Shown here: piece by piece, positions 25,047 to 34,954 of the stretch
Layout of the letters: each line of letters starts with the position of its first letter
Position numbering within the stretch: position 1 is the stretch's first letter
From: Thermoguttaceae bacterium
Lineage (GTDB): Bacteria > Planctomycetota > Planctomycetia > Pirellulales > Thermoguttaceae
NCBI GenBank assembly: GCA_031548645.1
Contig: JAVBQX010000014.1
Coordinates: 13,392-77,391, forward strand
Reading direction: 5' to 3'
DNA length: 64,000 bases
Made by a program: the position numbers and the translations under genes
The notes under the pieces: model-generated
What the model was told of the DNA's origin: nothing
Database searches by the model: none
The model's input: the letters and a program-made list of their open reading frames with translations, nothing else

Positions 25047-28000
25047 CTACTCAAAAACGAGGTATCCGAAACCTTCGCGCGTGTTGAACGAATTTTTGGC
25101 GTTCCACGCGTCGATTCCTTCGCAGGGGACGAGTCTGCGAAGCGCGATTCCCCACAGGACGCCCGGCTTCGGTTTCGCGTCGGTCAACTGGTCCAACGGA
25201 ATGGCCGCTTCGACATACCAATGGGTTTCGTCCTCGTGCCGCGCGACGAACCAGCGGGGATTCCAGTTTTTGTCATGCCATTTTGATTCGCTGATCCAGC
25301 CGCGGTAGTCCAGCTCGAACGTGTCGTAGGTCGTGTAATTTCGCTTCAGGTCGAGCAGCATTTCGACGCGGTCTTCGCCGGAAAGGTTCGGATCGTGCGT
25401 TCGCGGAATTTCGCTGAAATCCCGGTAACGGTAGGCAAAACCGTCCGATTTCCGGCATCGCAGCGCGACATACAGGAACTCATGATCGTAAAGGAACATC
25501 GCCTCGGTACCGAGGGATTGGATTCGCGTGCTCGTCTGTTCGCGATAATCCCGCGAGGCCGTTTTTTCGATTTGCGGCTTCAGCGTTTCGGCGGGTTTGT
25601 CGGCGTTTTCGCGATTTTCGTTTGTCGTCGCGTTGTCGCTTGAAAAAACGACCGGCGCACATTGCGACCAGACTTCGTCGTTGAGCTTCCCGTCAAGGAA
25701 CGGACGTTCGGCGGTAAACCGGCAGGAAATCGTCGGCAGATGCAGCGTTGATCGGCCTTGATTTTGCGAACCGTTGGCCCACATTTCACTGGCCGCCCGA
25801 ACGGCCCACAAATCATCATTCGGCGCCATGCTGCGTTTGAGGTAATAGCCTTCGGCGAGTCGCGATTCGCCGTTTTTGATTTGTGCCGCCGCGAGACAGA
25901 ACCGCACCCGGGGATCGTTCAACACCTCGGGCGAGACCTTGTTGACGAAGTCGGCGAGCATGAGCGCCTTACCGTATTGATTCGTCGAGCGGGCTTGCCC
26001 CGTCGACCAGTCGTTGATTTTTCGACTGCCTTGCATGTCGGTCGAACGCAAACCGATCTCGTTCGTCATGCCGAACAGTTTGTCCCGGTCAATACTTGTC
26101 GCGTCGAATTTTGCGTTCTCAAGATTGACGACCGCGTCATGCTCGCCTGCTCGTTCGCCTTCGTTGAAGCTGCACAAGTACTGCAAAAGCCAGGCGTACG
26201 CGGCTTTCGTCGAAACGTGCGTCGGATCACGACCGGCCAGACGCTGATAAATTTCCGCCGCGCCGTCCCATTGACCGGTGAGGTAAAGCCGGTTGCCCAT
26301 TTCGAGCAGGGTTTGCACGGACGACTCGCGGTCAAGACGTTGCGTCAGGCCGTCGACCTGCGCAAGAATGAAATTTCCGTCGGCCAGTCGACCGCCGCGT
26401 CCCAATCCGCTGATGACGCTTCGGGCCGTGTTTTGGTGCATGATTCGCTGTTGAATATTCTCATATTGCGGAATCATCGAAAGCCCCTGCGTCGCACGGC
26501 GAGCCTCGCTTCCGTTCGGCAGTGAAATCGCGCCCATGAGCGAGCCGCGATTGACTTCGGCGGGATCGCGATTCTGTTGCAGGGCCAGGGCGTCGAACAC
26601 GGTGCGAAACGGCACGACCGCCGCCGGAATCACGGGCTCCGTGTCGAACAGCGAGCGGGCCGCCTGGGCCATGTCGCCCCAGGTTTTTCCGTATCGGGCG
26701 GCAAGCGTTTGCGTCCGCAGTTCCATATTGGCGATCGCCGAAGCGTTGCGTCGTTGCTGTTCGGCGTCTCCGCCCTGTTGTTGCGCGGTCGCGTTGCAGC
26801 ACATGTGGACTTTGTCAACCTGCCACGTTTGCAGGCCGGTTTCGGTCAATTGTTCCGGATAGGCCATCGGGTTGGCCGCCGCCTGCACCGCCGCGACGAT
26901 TTCGCGTTGCAGCAGGTCGCGGGCCGGATCGTGCGACAACTCGATATACGGGTTTTGTGTCGTATTATTTGACGGCGTGTTGCCCGGCACCAGTAAAACA
27001 TTCGGGCGCCAGGTGCGAATCGTCGCGACGAGGTGCTCGCGCAGCCTCGCAAGCCCGTGCCCGTCGTTTTCGAGTTCGAGCCGCTCAATGACGCGTTCCA
27101 TGTCGCCGGGCAGTTCGTCGTGATCGATCGAAAAGGCCCAAGGCTGCATGCTGCTCGTGCCGCCGCAGTTGACCGTCGCTTCGTGCAGGCGACGCACCGC
27201 GGGAATTTCGTTGCCGTCCTGCCGCATCGAGTCCTGCCGGAACAGGACGCTCACTCCGCCGAGGTGGCCTTCATCGAGACAAAGCCGGGCCATCGCTTCG
27301 TAAGGCACGTCCTGCATGCGGCCGAACAGGCCGAGAACGGCCAGTCGCGTCCCTCCGGCACGTTGCGTATGCCAGGTTCTGCCGCCGTCAGGAGTCGCGA
27401 GAATCACTCCCAGGTCACCGACGGCGTAACCCTGTTGCGGCGTGATAAAGCGTATTTTACGAATCGGCGTCGTGATGCCGCTGGGCGCCGCTTGCCAATT
27501 TGCGCCGCAATCGTTCGAATAAAAAATCAGCGTCCCGGGAGTGCCCGCGACCCAAATGTTGGTATCACGTGCGAACACCGCTTGAAAGTCGAACAGGTCG
27601 GGCCGGTCGATCGGCAAAAAGCCCTGGGGCACTTCCCAGGCCATGCCCGTGTTGCGCGAGCACATGATCACGCCGCCATCGCCGACCAACCATCCGGTGT
27701 AGGGCGATGCGTTTTGTCCCGGCATTTGCGGCGCGAAACGCGGGCTGAAAACGTCGATCGCGTTGGCCCGTCGCAGCCCGAGCGGCGGCGTTTTGGACAG
27801 CGTCGGCTTTTCCCGCACGACTTGAATCGCGCCGTCAAGTCCGATGCCCGCGCCGATTTTTACGCCGCCGGATGTGTCGACGTTTGAACCGAAATTTGAA
27901 CCGGCGGGCGCGTCGATAAAACCGAGCGAGGCCCAGCCTTCGTTTTTTGCGCCCGGCTGCATTTGCCAGGTTTGGCCGTTGTCCGACGTTCGCATAATAC

Positions 28001-29006
28001 CCGTCGGGCACTGTTCCGAAGAACTCCCGGCGACCCAAAGCCGGCCCGGCACGTCAATGCGAACGCAATACAGGATCGGAAACGGAAAGTTCGCAAGCCG
28101 TTCCCAACTTTGACCGCCGTTCGAGGTTCGCAGCACAATGCCGCAACCTCGGTGCGAATACGGTTCGGTCGTACCGCCGACGGCAAAACCGTTTTGCGGG
28201 TCGATGAAATCAACGGCAAACAGCGGGGCCCCGGTCCCGCTTTCCTGCTGCCGCCAGTTTTGCCCGCCGTTTTGCGTGTGCCAGATGACGCCGCAATCGC
28301 CGACGGCCCAACCGATGAGCGGCGTCGCGAAACAGACGTCGTTGAGCCGCGCGTCGTTTTGACGCTCGCCGAGCAAAGCCCTGCGTACCGTCGCCTCATC
28401 GGTCATCGCGGGGGAATACTGTTGTGCCGCCCGCAAGGTCGTGTTGCCCCAATCGGCGGTTTGTGGCGGCGTTGGCGGTGACGACACATGCTGCGGCATT
28501 GATTGTGGCATCGGTTGCGTCGCGGGTGGTGTCATCTGCGGTGTCATCGGTGACTGCGACATATAAGACGCTTGTCCGGTCGCGGAGGATTGCGGAAACT
28601 GCCGCGGTGTGATGTCCGGCCGGTGACTTGACGCGATTTGCACAGGGGCATTGGAAGGCGGCGGATTGAAACCGGGCTGACCGGCCCCGGATTTCGGGGG
28701 GACGACAAACGAATCGGACGACGAATCATTGCGCGGGGCGACATAGCCCGGTCTGCCGCCATTATTGATTTCGTTGAGCTGCTGCTCTTCCTTATAGGCT
28801 TCGAACATGGCGCGCAAACCCTGCGCACACACAGACGTTGTCAGCAAAACGCCGCAGGTTATAACAATGAAACATGCCGCAAACCGGCAGGTAAGTCGAA
28901 AATATTGTGGAATTATGCGAAAAACGGACATCCTTATCCCGTGTATTTTACGCAGCCTGATTGATTTATATGTATTGGAGGGGGTGTGGCCGAAAAACAA
29001 CGCCAC
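25047..29006 (-). CDS. large membrane-anchored multidomain protein (P/Q-rich linker, BNR/Ycf48-like beta-propeller, TPR-like region, CBM9/DOMON-like C-terminal domain)
   Basis: 1319-aa ORF with an N-terminal hydrophobic anchor (FAACFIVITCGVLLTTSVCAQG). It has five or more S/T-x-D/N-G-G-x-W motifs (HTQNGGQNW, TSNGGQSW, TSDNGQTW, SNDCGANW, TPDGGRTW). The C-terminus (FLDGKLNDEVW...YVALRC...DRVEMLLD...WYVEAAIPL) is typical of carbohydrate-binding family 9-like modules. Confidence 0.85.
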   Translation of the reverse strand: MALFFGHTPSNTYKSIRLRKIHGIRMSVFRIIPQYFRLTCRFAACFIVITCGVLLTTSVCAQGLRAMFEAYKEEQQLNEINNGGRPGYVAPRNDSSSDSFVVPPKSGAGQPGFNPPPSNAPVQIASSHRPDITPRQFPQSSATGQASYMSQSPMTPQMTPPATQPMPQSMPQHVSSPPTPPQTADWGNTTLRAAQQYSPAMTDEATVRRALLGERQNDARLNDVCFATPLIGWAVGDCGVIWHTQNGGQNWRQQESGTGAPLFAVDFIDPQNGFAVGGTTEPYSHRGCGIVLRTSNGGQSWERLANFPFPILYCVRIDVPGRLWVAGSSSEQCPTGIMRTSDNGQTWQMQPGAKNEGWASLGFIDAPAGSNFGSNVDTSGGVKIGAGIGLDGAIQVVREKPTLSKTPPLGLRRANAIDVFSPRFAPQMPGQNASPYTGWLVGDGGVIMCSRNTGMAWEVPQGFLPIDRPDLFDFQAVFARDTNIWVAGTPGTLIFYSNDCGANWQAAPSGITTPIRKIRFITPQQGYAVGDLGVILATPDGGRTWHTQRAGGTRLAVLGLFGRMQDVPYEAMARLCLDEGHLGGVSVLFRQDSMRQDGNEIPAVRRLHEATVNCGGTSSMQPWAFSIDHDELPGDMERVIERLELENDGHGLARLREHLVATIRTWRPNVLLVPGNTPSNNTTQNPYIELSHDPARDLLQREIVAAVQAAANPMAYPEQLTETGLQTWQVDKVHMCCNATAQQQGGDAEQQRRNASAIANMELRTQTLAARYGKTWGDMAQAARSLFDTEPVIPAAVVPFRTVFDALALQQNRDPAEVNRGSLMGAISLPNGSEARRATQGLSMIPQYENIQQRIMHQNTARSVISGLGRGGRLADGNFILAQVDGLTQRLDRESSVQTLLEMGNRLYLTGQWDGAAEIYQRLAGRDPTHVSTKAAYAWLLQYLCSFNEGERAGEHDAVVNLENAKFDATSIDRDKLFGMTNEIGLRSTDMQGSRKINDWSTGQARSTNQYGKALMLADFVNKVSPEVLNDPRVRFCLAAAQIKNGESRLAEGYYLKRSMAPNDDLWAVRAASEMWANGSQNQGRSTLHLPTISCRFTAERPFLDGKLNDEVWSQCAPVVFSSDNATTNENRENADKPAETLKPQIEKTASRDYREQTSTRIQSLGTEAMFLYDHEFLYVALRCRKSDGFAYRYRDFSEIPRTHDPNLSGEDRVEMLLDLKRNYTTYDTFELDYRGWISESKWHDKNWNPRWFVARHEDETHWYVEAAIPLDQLTDAKPKPGVLWGIALRRLVPCEGIDAWNAKNSFNTREGFGYLVFE

Positions 29007-29084
29007 GTGAGAGTCATACGAAAAATGCCCCCCAAGGTCAAGGGCAATTATGGATGGGGTATTGCGTACAAATTGATGAATCCA

Positions 29085-30506
29085 TCATTCTGCATTCTGA
29101 ATTCTGCATTCTGCATTCCCTGATTCTTCCTGCGGCATGGTACTCAAACGGCGCAGTCGCCGGAATTCGTACACGGCCAGGCTGAGGGCGATCATGGTCG
29201 CGATGCCGTCCGAGATGGGTGTGGCGACCCAAATGCCGTCGAAACCGAGATATTGGGGCAATACGCAATACAACGGGATCAAAATGAAAACCTGCCGGAT
29301 CATCGTCAGCATGAGGGCGACGAGACCGCGGCCGGTCGCCTGAAAATAGTTCGTCGTGATGACCGCCACGCCGACGCCGGGGAACATCAGCATGAAGATG
29401 CGAATCGCGCGTTCGGCCAGCGGGGCAAGTTCGGGCGTGTTTCGCAGGAACAGGTACAGCACGGTTTTCGGAAACAACAGCACGATGAGCGTGTAACACA
29501 GGTTCAAAAAAAAGACGAACCCCAGCATCAGGGCGAAGGTTTTGGCGACCCTCGCGTATTTTTTCGCGCCCGTGTTGTAGCCGACGACCGGTTGTCCGCC
29601 CTGGCTGATGCCGAGCACGACCGCGAACACCAGTTGAAAGATCGACTGGCAGATGCTCATGGCCGCAATTCCGCTTTCGCCGGTCCAATTCGCGTCCGCA
29701 TGCCAGAGAAACTGGTGGTTGATCAGGGCGATGATCACGCAACCGGCCAGGTTCATCAGGCAGGGCGCCAGCCCCATGTGGCAAATCAGCCGGACACGTT
29801 CGAGGTCGAAGCGGATATATTTCAAACGCCAGCGGAGCAGCGTGCGACCGGATAAATAGTACCACGCGATCCACACGGACGAAACCGCCTGCGAAATGAC
29901 GTTGGCAATGGCCGGGCCTTCGATGCCCGTTTTGAGCACGAAGAGAAAGAACCACGACAGGATGATATTGACGACCGCCGAAATGATCAGCGTGATCATG
30001 GCGATGTGCACCTTGCCCTCGCTGCGCAGAAAGCCGTTGATGCCGAACGAAATCTGCATGAAAAACGTTCCGAAGATGATGATGCGCAGGAACCGTTTGG
30101 CCATCGGCAGCGTGACGTCGGTGGCGCCGAAAAATCTCAGCAGCGGCTCAAGAAAAATCAATCCGAAAACGGTAAACAGCACGGTCACCGCAAGAAACAG
30201 GCACAACGCGACGCCCATGAGACGTTCGGCCTCGTCAAGCCGGTTTTGGCCCAATCGGATCGAAAGCAGCGTGTTGGTTCCGATGCCGATCATCATGGCC
30301 GCCGAGAGCATGATCAGCATGATCGGGAACGACAGCGCCACCGCGGCGAGTGCGTCTTCCCCGAACACGTTGTTGACGAAAATACGGTCGATGATGCCGT
30401 AGGAGGTGTTGACGAACATGCCCGTCACGGCGGGAACGGAAAACCGCAGGAGCAGTCGCCCGACGGGGAGTTCGCCGATGAATTTTGCCTGGTCTTCGCG
30501 ACTCAT
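29085..30506 (-). CDS. MATE family efflux transporter
   Basis: 473-aa protein with a 12-TM-like profile. The N-terminus LLRFSVPAVTGMFVNTSYGIIDRIFV and the repeat-half motif pattern are typical of NorM/DinF-type MATE pumps. Confidence 0.9.
   Translation of the reverse strand: MSREDQAKFIGELPVGRLLLRFSVPAVTGMFVNTSYGIIDRIFVNNVFGEDALAAVALSFPIMLIMLSAAMMIGIGTNTLLSIRLGQNRLDEAERLMGVALCLFLAVTVLFTVFGLIFLEPLLRFFGATDVTLPMAKRFLRIIIFGTFFMQISFGINGFLRSEGKVHIAMITLIISAVVNIILSWFFLFVLKTGIEGPAIANVISQAVSSVWIAWYYLSGRTLLRWRLKYIRFDLERVRLICHMGLAPCLMNLAGCVIIALINHQFLWHADANWTGESGIAAMSICQSIFQLVFAVVLGISQGGQPVVGYNTGAKKYARVAKTFALMLGFVFFLNLCYTLIVLLFPKTVLYLFLRNTPELAPLAERAIRIFMLMFPGVGVAVITTNYFQATGRGLVALMLTMIRQVFILIPLYCVLPQYLGFDGIWVATPISDGIATMIALSLAVYEFRRLRRLSTMPQEESGNAECRIQNAE
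29086..29118. repeat. heptanucleotide tandem repeat (GAATGCA)n, about 4.7 units on the minus strand
   Basis: Plus strand reads cattc-tgcattc-tgaattc-tgcattc-tgcattc. It covers the last 10 codons and the stop of the MATE gene, about 80 nt upstream of the tracked start of the next gene (29006). Confidence 0.85.
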
Positions 30507-30623
30507 TTTTTTGTTTTATTCGCTCGACTCGCAAAGAATGCGTATTTTATATGCAACGCATAAGCTTGGGGGACGGGGCGGGAAGGAGTTTTATTGTTTA
30601 GGAGAACAGCGAAGGACGAAATC

Positions 30624-30761
30624 TTTCTCGCAGAGACGCAAAGGACGCTGAGTGGTAATTTGTACGAAAACAAAAATGAGCATTGCTAGTTGCAAAAACC
30701 TATATTGCAGCATTTTTCATAACGTGATTGTTCTAAAAACCCTCTGCGTCTCTGCGAGAAA
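30624..30761. mobile_element. TIR-bounded element (family GAGACGCAAAG), copy 1, about 138 bp
   Basis: The left arm tttctcgcagagacgcaaagg is nearly the exact reverse complement of the right arm ccctctgcgtctctgcgagaaa. A related arm sequence bounds 62637-62839. Confidence 0.65.
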
Positions 30762-30849
30762 CAAATTTGCTCATTTCAAGTATAATCAGCCTTTGTCGTT
30801 TGCACAGCGAGAACGGAGTGGAATTCACAATTATTGTTTGTTGTGCATT

Positions 30850-31839
30850 TTATCCGTGCATTTCGGCGGCAAGTCGGGCGAGACCTTCTTCGGTTGAAAC
30901 CGTGGGGCGATAGCCGAAGTCGCTTTTGGCGCGGGAAATGTTAAACCAATGGGAACGCGCCAGTTGCATCACGAGAAATCGCGTGATGGCAGGTTCGCCG
31001 CGAAAGCCTAATAATCCGTAGCAATTTTCAAGAAACACGCTTCTGCGCCATGCGGACTGGAAAGAAATCGACCGGGTGATTAGCGGCAATTTCGCGATGG
31101 TCAGCAATTCATTGATGAGGTCCCAACAATTGACCGGCATACCCTGTGAAATGAAATAACAATTTCCAGCAACAGGACTTCCGTCGAATAAAGCATCGCC
31201 GGCCAACAAATGGGCGTTCGCCGCGTTTTCGACATAAGTGATGTCAACCATATTGGTTCCGCCACCAATACGGCAAAGTTTCCCCTGCTTGGCACGGGCA
31301 ATCAAACGCGGAATCAGGTGGCAGTCGCCCGGCCCCCAGATCAGGTGGGGACGCAAGGCGCAGGTCAACAATCCTTCGCGGCCATTCGCCGTCAGAACCA
31401 TACGCTCCGCAAGGGCTTTCGTTCGCGGGTAATGGGCCAACCAGTTGCTGGGGTAGGGAAATGATTCGTCAATGCCTTCCTGATCATTGCCGTCAAAAAC
31501 TACGCTGGGGCTGCTCGTGTATACCAATTTTTGAACACTGCTTTTGACGCAAGCGTCAATTATATAAAGAGTTCCGATGGCATTCGTTTCAAAAAACGGT
31601 CGCCAGTGGCACGAAATGCCGGCTTGCGCGGCGGTGTGGTAAACAATATCGACACCCTGGCAGGCCGCTTGTACATCTGCCGGCTTTCTCAAATCGCCCA
31701 GTTGAACATCGATTTTGAGCCCGTCGAAAGAGGCGTGGTGATTTCGGCAAAAGACGCGTACCTTATCACCTCGCTCAAGCAACTGCTTGACGATATATTG
31801 TCCCAAAAAACCGCCGCCACCTGTCACCAGAGCGTACAT
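30850..31839 (-). CDS. NAD-dependent epimerase/dehydratase, 3-beta-hydroxysteroid dehydrogenase/isomerase family
   Basis: Contains MYALVTGGGGFLGQYIVKQLLERGD (Rossmann GxxGxxG) and the catalytic YxxxK context (YPRTKALAE). I placed the start at the ATG at 31839. Confidence 0.85.
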   Translation of the reverse strand: MYALVTGGGGFLGQYIVKQLLERGDKVRVFCRNHHASFDGLKIDVQLGDLRKPADVQAACQGVDIVYHTAAQAGISCHWRPFFETNAIGTLYIIDACVKSSVQKLVYTSSPSVVFDGNDQEGIDESFPYPSNWLAHYPRTKALAERMVLTANGREGLLTCALRPHLIWGPGDCHLIPRLIARAKQGKLCRIGGGTNMVDITYVENAANAHLLAGDALFDGSPVAGNCYFISQGMPVNCWDLINELLTIAKLPLITRSISFQSAWRRSVFLENCYGLLGFRGEPAITRFLVMQLARSHWFNISRAKSDFGYRPTVSTEEGLARLAAEMHG

Positions 31840-32076
31840 AGATTTGTTTTGTTTATATAAAAAATCGTACAATTAAATTGAGTTTTCGAGCATAAAAGCT
31901 TACAACTCAATTTAATCATAAGGTGCCTTGTGTTCTATGGCAAGGCATGTGCTGCAAAGCCGGACATTTTTTCCGGTTTTCCAAGGTTTTTTGTTGCAGA
32001 GATCATATTCGACATGACGGCGGGCTTGATAATTGATACAAAGTCATTTTTGCTTCAATTGTATGATTATTGTTTC

Positions 32077-32105
32077 TTGACAACATTTCTTCCGCGACCT
32101 AATTT
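32077..32105 (+). promoter_or_regulatory. putative sigma-70-type promoter of 32203..33033 (-35 TTGACA, 17-nt spacer, -10 TAATTT)
   Basis: Reads TTGACA-acatttcttccgcgacc-TAATTT, about 100 nt upstream of the ATG at 32203. Confidence 0.35.
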
Positions 32106-32202
32106 TACATGAATAAGATAAAAATTGCCATTGCTGCATTGATTTACGAGCAAAAATGGCGTCGCAAATCAGTTGTAAACGCACAAAATAGAGAGATTCC
32201 TC

Positions 32203-33033
32203 ATGTCGATTGACTCCCAAAATCATCAGGCAATCCGCGGCCTTCTTGAAAACGCATTGCATCAGGTGGTGGCAACGCAGACGCAAGTGACGAGCATTGA
32301 AGGTCAGTTGCACGAAATCAAGTCACAGATCGACCTCTCGCTGGAATCCATCGACTCGGTTTTGAAACAGCTTGAAGCGAGCGAGCAGAAGGTGGAAAAA
32401 GTCCGTAGCGACGTCGCCGCGACGCTTGGCGAAATGTTCGAGCACATGTCGCGCATCGTCAACGGCGCCCGCGAGCAGATGATGCAGGGCCACGCCGATG
32501 AAGCGAGCTCGCAACAGCCCGTCACGCCTGAGATGCCGACGGGAAGCGTGATTGAAGAAAGCATTCCGGAAAAATCGGCAATCGAACATGCGGCGGCCAC
32601 TCCCGTCGATGAAACTACGTCAGAATCTCTGAGCGGCGGCGAAGCGGGGCAACGGGCGACGGCGTCACTCAACGAAATGATCGCGACGATCGACGAAACC
32701 AACGCGCCGCCGGAAACCGAAGTGGAATCGCAAATCGAATCGCCCCCTGATGCGCCCGCGGAAGCGTTAATGGAAACACCGCCCGAAACATTGCCGGTAC
32801 AAGAAACGCCTGCTACGCCTGAAACGGAGCCGCAAACCTCAACGGAACCGGAAACGCCGAAAGGTCCGGGCAGCGCCGATTCGCTGAGCGCTTTGCTCGC
32901 AAAGGCCAGAGCCGCGACCGGCGCAGTTCTCGCACCCGCAACAGAGGCGGCGCCGATTGTCGGCGAAGAGGAAGACGCCCAGACGGTCAATGAACTGCTG
33001 CACAACACTTCCGGATCATTCGTCGCGCAATAG
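32203..33033 (+). CDS. hypothetical acidic protein (N-terminal coiled-coil-like segment, P/E/T-rich disordered tail)
   Basis: 276-aa ORF preceded by GAGAGA. It has a heptad-like N-terminus (VTSIEGQLHEIKSQIDLSLESIDSVLKQLEASEQKVEKV) and a tail rich in PETP/PPET. The 296-aa antisense ORF is Ser/Cys-rich and less plausible. Confidence 0.6.
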   Translation: MSIDSQNHQAIRGLLENALHQVVATQTQVTSIEGQLHEIKSQIDLSLESIDSVLKQLEASEQKVEKVRSDVAATLGEMFEHMSRIVNGAREQMMQGHADEASSQQPVTPEMPTGSVIEESIPEKSAIEHAAATPVDETTSESLSGGEAGQRATASLNEMIATIDETNAPPETEVESQIESPPDAPAEALMETPPETLPVQETPATPETEPQTSTEPETPKGPGSADSLSALLAKARAATGAVLAPATEAAPIVGEEEDAQTVNELLHNTSGSFVAQ

Positions 33034-33109
33034 GGGAGCACGGCGACAGTGGTGCGATCGGGTACGCTGCCATATGTCACGCACCCAAATTTCCGACCGT
33101 CATCGCCGA

Positions 33110-33919
33110 TCATTTTTCCATGATCGTTTTCCAGGCGGAACGTGTGAGGAAACTCTCCGATACGTTCGATTCCATTTCCTCGAAAAGCGACCACGGCACG
33201 GTGAAGGACATGAAGTCGCGCCCCAACGCTTTGCGCAGAAAAAATCTCGCGGAAATATCGGTCAGGCCGACGACCGCTCGCGGTTCCGCCTGTTCCGATT
33301 CGTAAAATGGATAAAGCGCGAACGTCATGCAGCCGGCGCCGAAGGGAATGCGGACGTTGTCGTTGCCGCGGCGGGCGTAATTGGCCAATACGGTGAGCGC
33401 CGACAACTGATCCGCGTCGACGAGAAACGCGACCACTTTCGGTTGTTCGCCGGGAAGCAGTTTTTCAAGCGGTTTGATGACGATATACGGTCCTTCCGGC
33501 TTGATTTTCGGCAACGAATCGGAAAATTCCGCGACAAGTTCCGGCGTCTTCAAAAAGCCTTCCCCTTCGCTGAATTCATCGATAAGAATTTTCGGGGCGC
33601 CTTCCGCTTTCATCCGTTCGATGACCTAGCGTCCCGATTCCGAATGTTCATTGCCGATAGAGAGGAAGCGGTCGTAACATTCCTTCCCGCCCGGAAACGC
33701 GTCGGGGTTCAAGTCGGCCAACCCGAACCCGAACGCGGCGCCGGAACAACTGCAACTTGTCGCGGACATGTAAACGGTGTCTCCTTTCGCGGCGATCGCG
33801 ACGGGAATCATGGAACACATGCCCTTCGCCTCCTTGCCATCGGCGGACGGTTCCTGGGCGTAGAAAATCGCAAGCGGCGGAAAGCGAAGCGAAACGGCAT
33901 CGGCAATGGCGGTTTTCAT
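33110..33919 (-). pseudogene. DUF169 family gene interrupted by a single in-frame TAG (33626-33628)
   Basis: The two tracked ORFs (33626..34021 and 33110..33613) are in the same frame and are separated only by TAG GTC ATC GAA CGG. The ATG at 33919 has a perfect AAGGAG 6 nt upstream. Read-through would give about 269 aa, the usual DUF169 size. The downstream ATG at 33613 has no good SD. Confidence 0.55.
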
Positions 33920-34058
33920 GACGGCTCCTTTGCGTTGGAATTGTTGAGAGATTTCTTCTGCCAACGTCATTTTACCTGACACGCCATCCAGCGTCGAGCG
34001 ACGAAATACGCGATCCAACAACGGATGCGTTTAAATTTTACCGTCAGCACAATAATCG

Positions 34059-34892
34059 CTATTTGCCGCAATAGTCAATCGCCCGGGCCAGTTCGGTTTT
34101 GATATCCGGCCTGCGGACGATGCGATCGATAAACCCGTGTTTCAAAAGAAATTCGCTCGTTTGAAAGCCCTTGGGCAATTCGATTCGCAAGGTCGCCTTG
34201 ATCGTTCGTGGACCCGCAAAACCGATCAGGGCTTTCGGTTCGGCGAAAACCAAGTCGCCCAGCGAGGCGAAACTGGCGGCGACTCCGCCCATCGTCGGAT
34301 TGGTCATTACGGAGATAAACAATCCCCCGGCTTCGTGAAACCGGGCCAACGCGGCGGACACTTTGGCCATTTGCATCAGGGAAAGAATGCCTTCGTGCAT
34401 TCGGGCCCCACCGCCGGAACCGGAAATAATGATCAGCGGAAGGTCCTGTTCCGTCGCACGTTCGATCGCACGGGTCAATTTTTCTCCCACGACGGAACCC
34501 ATGCTCCCCATGATGAAGCGGGAATCGGTCACGCCGAACGCAACCCGCCGGGCACGCACACGACCGAGCCCGGTCACGGCCGCCTCTTTCAGCCCGGTCA
34601 GCTTTTGGTCGTCCGCGATTCGGTCCTTGTAACTGCGGCGGTCGGAAAATTCGAGCGGGTCGCCGGGCAGCAAGTCCGCATCCCATTCCTCGAAGGTTCC
34701 TTCGTCAAGCACTTGCCGGATACGCTCTTGCGCCGAAACGTACCAGTGGTAATCGCAGTCGGGGCAAACGCCCATGCGACGCTCGGCCTCTTTGCGGAAA
34801 ATGGTCGCCTGACAGCCGGGGCAACGCACCCAAAGCCCTTCGGGCACGCCGCGTTTCTGGTAAGTGACGCCTGTGGGGTGTTCGTTCGACAT
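34059..34892 (-). CDS. accD: acetyl-CoA carboxylase carboxyltransferase subunit beta
   Basis: N-terminal zinc ribbon [27 protein letters not shown], followed by the carboxyltransferase core ([19 protein letters not shown]). Confidence 0.95.
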   Translation of the reverse strand: MSNEHPTGVTYQKRGVPEGLWVRCPGCQATIFRKEAERRMGVCPDCDYHWYVSAQERIRQVLDEGTFEEWDADLLPGDPLEFSDRRSYKDRIADDQKLTGLKEAAVTGLGRVRARRVAFGVTDSRFIMGSMGSVVGEKLTRAIERATEQDLPLIIISGSGGGARMHEGILSLMQMAKVSAALARFHEAGGLFISVMTNPTMGGVAASFASLGDLVFAEPKALIGFAGPRTIKATLRIELPKGFQTSEFLLKHGFIDRIVRRPDIKTELARAIDYCGK

Positions 34893-34954
34893 GGGATTAC
34901 AGGAATAACGTTTTAATCAGAAATTATTTTCACAAAAAAGGCTCGACACATCAT

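Noticed and set aside
33626-33628. The in-frame TAG in the DUF169 gene read as a pyrrolysine codon.
   Set aside because: No pyl genes or methylamine methyltransferase context is present, the lineage is not known to use Pyl, and TAG is used as an ordinary stop elsewhere in the window (for example in icd). A nonsense mutation or sequencing error is more parsimonious.
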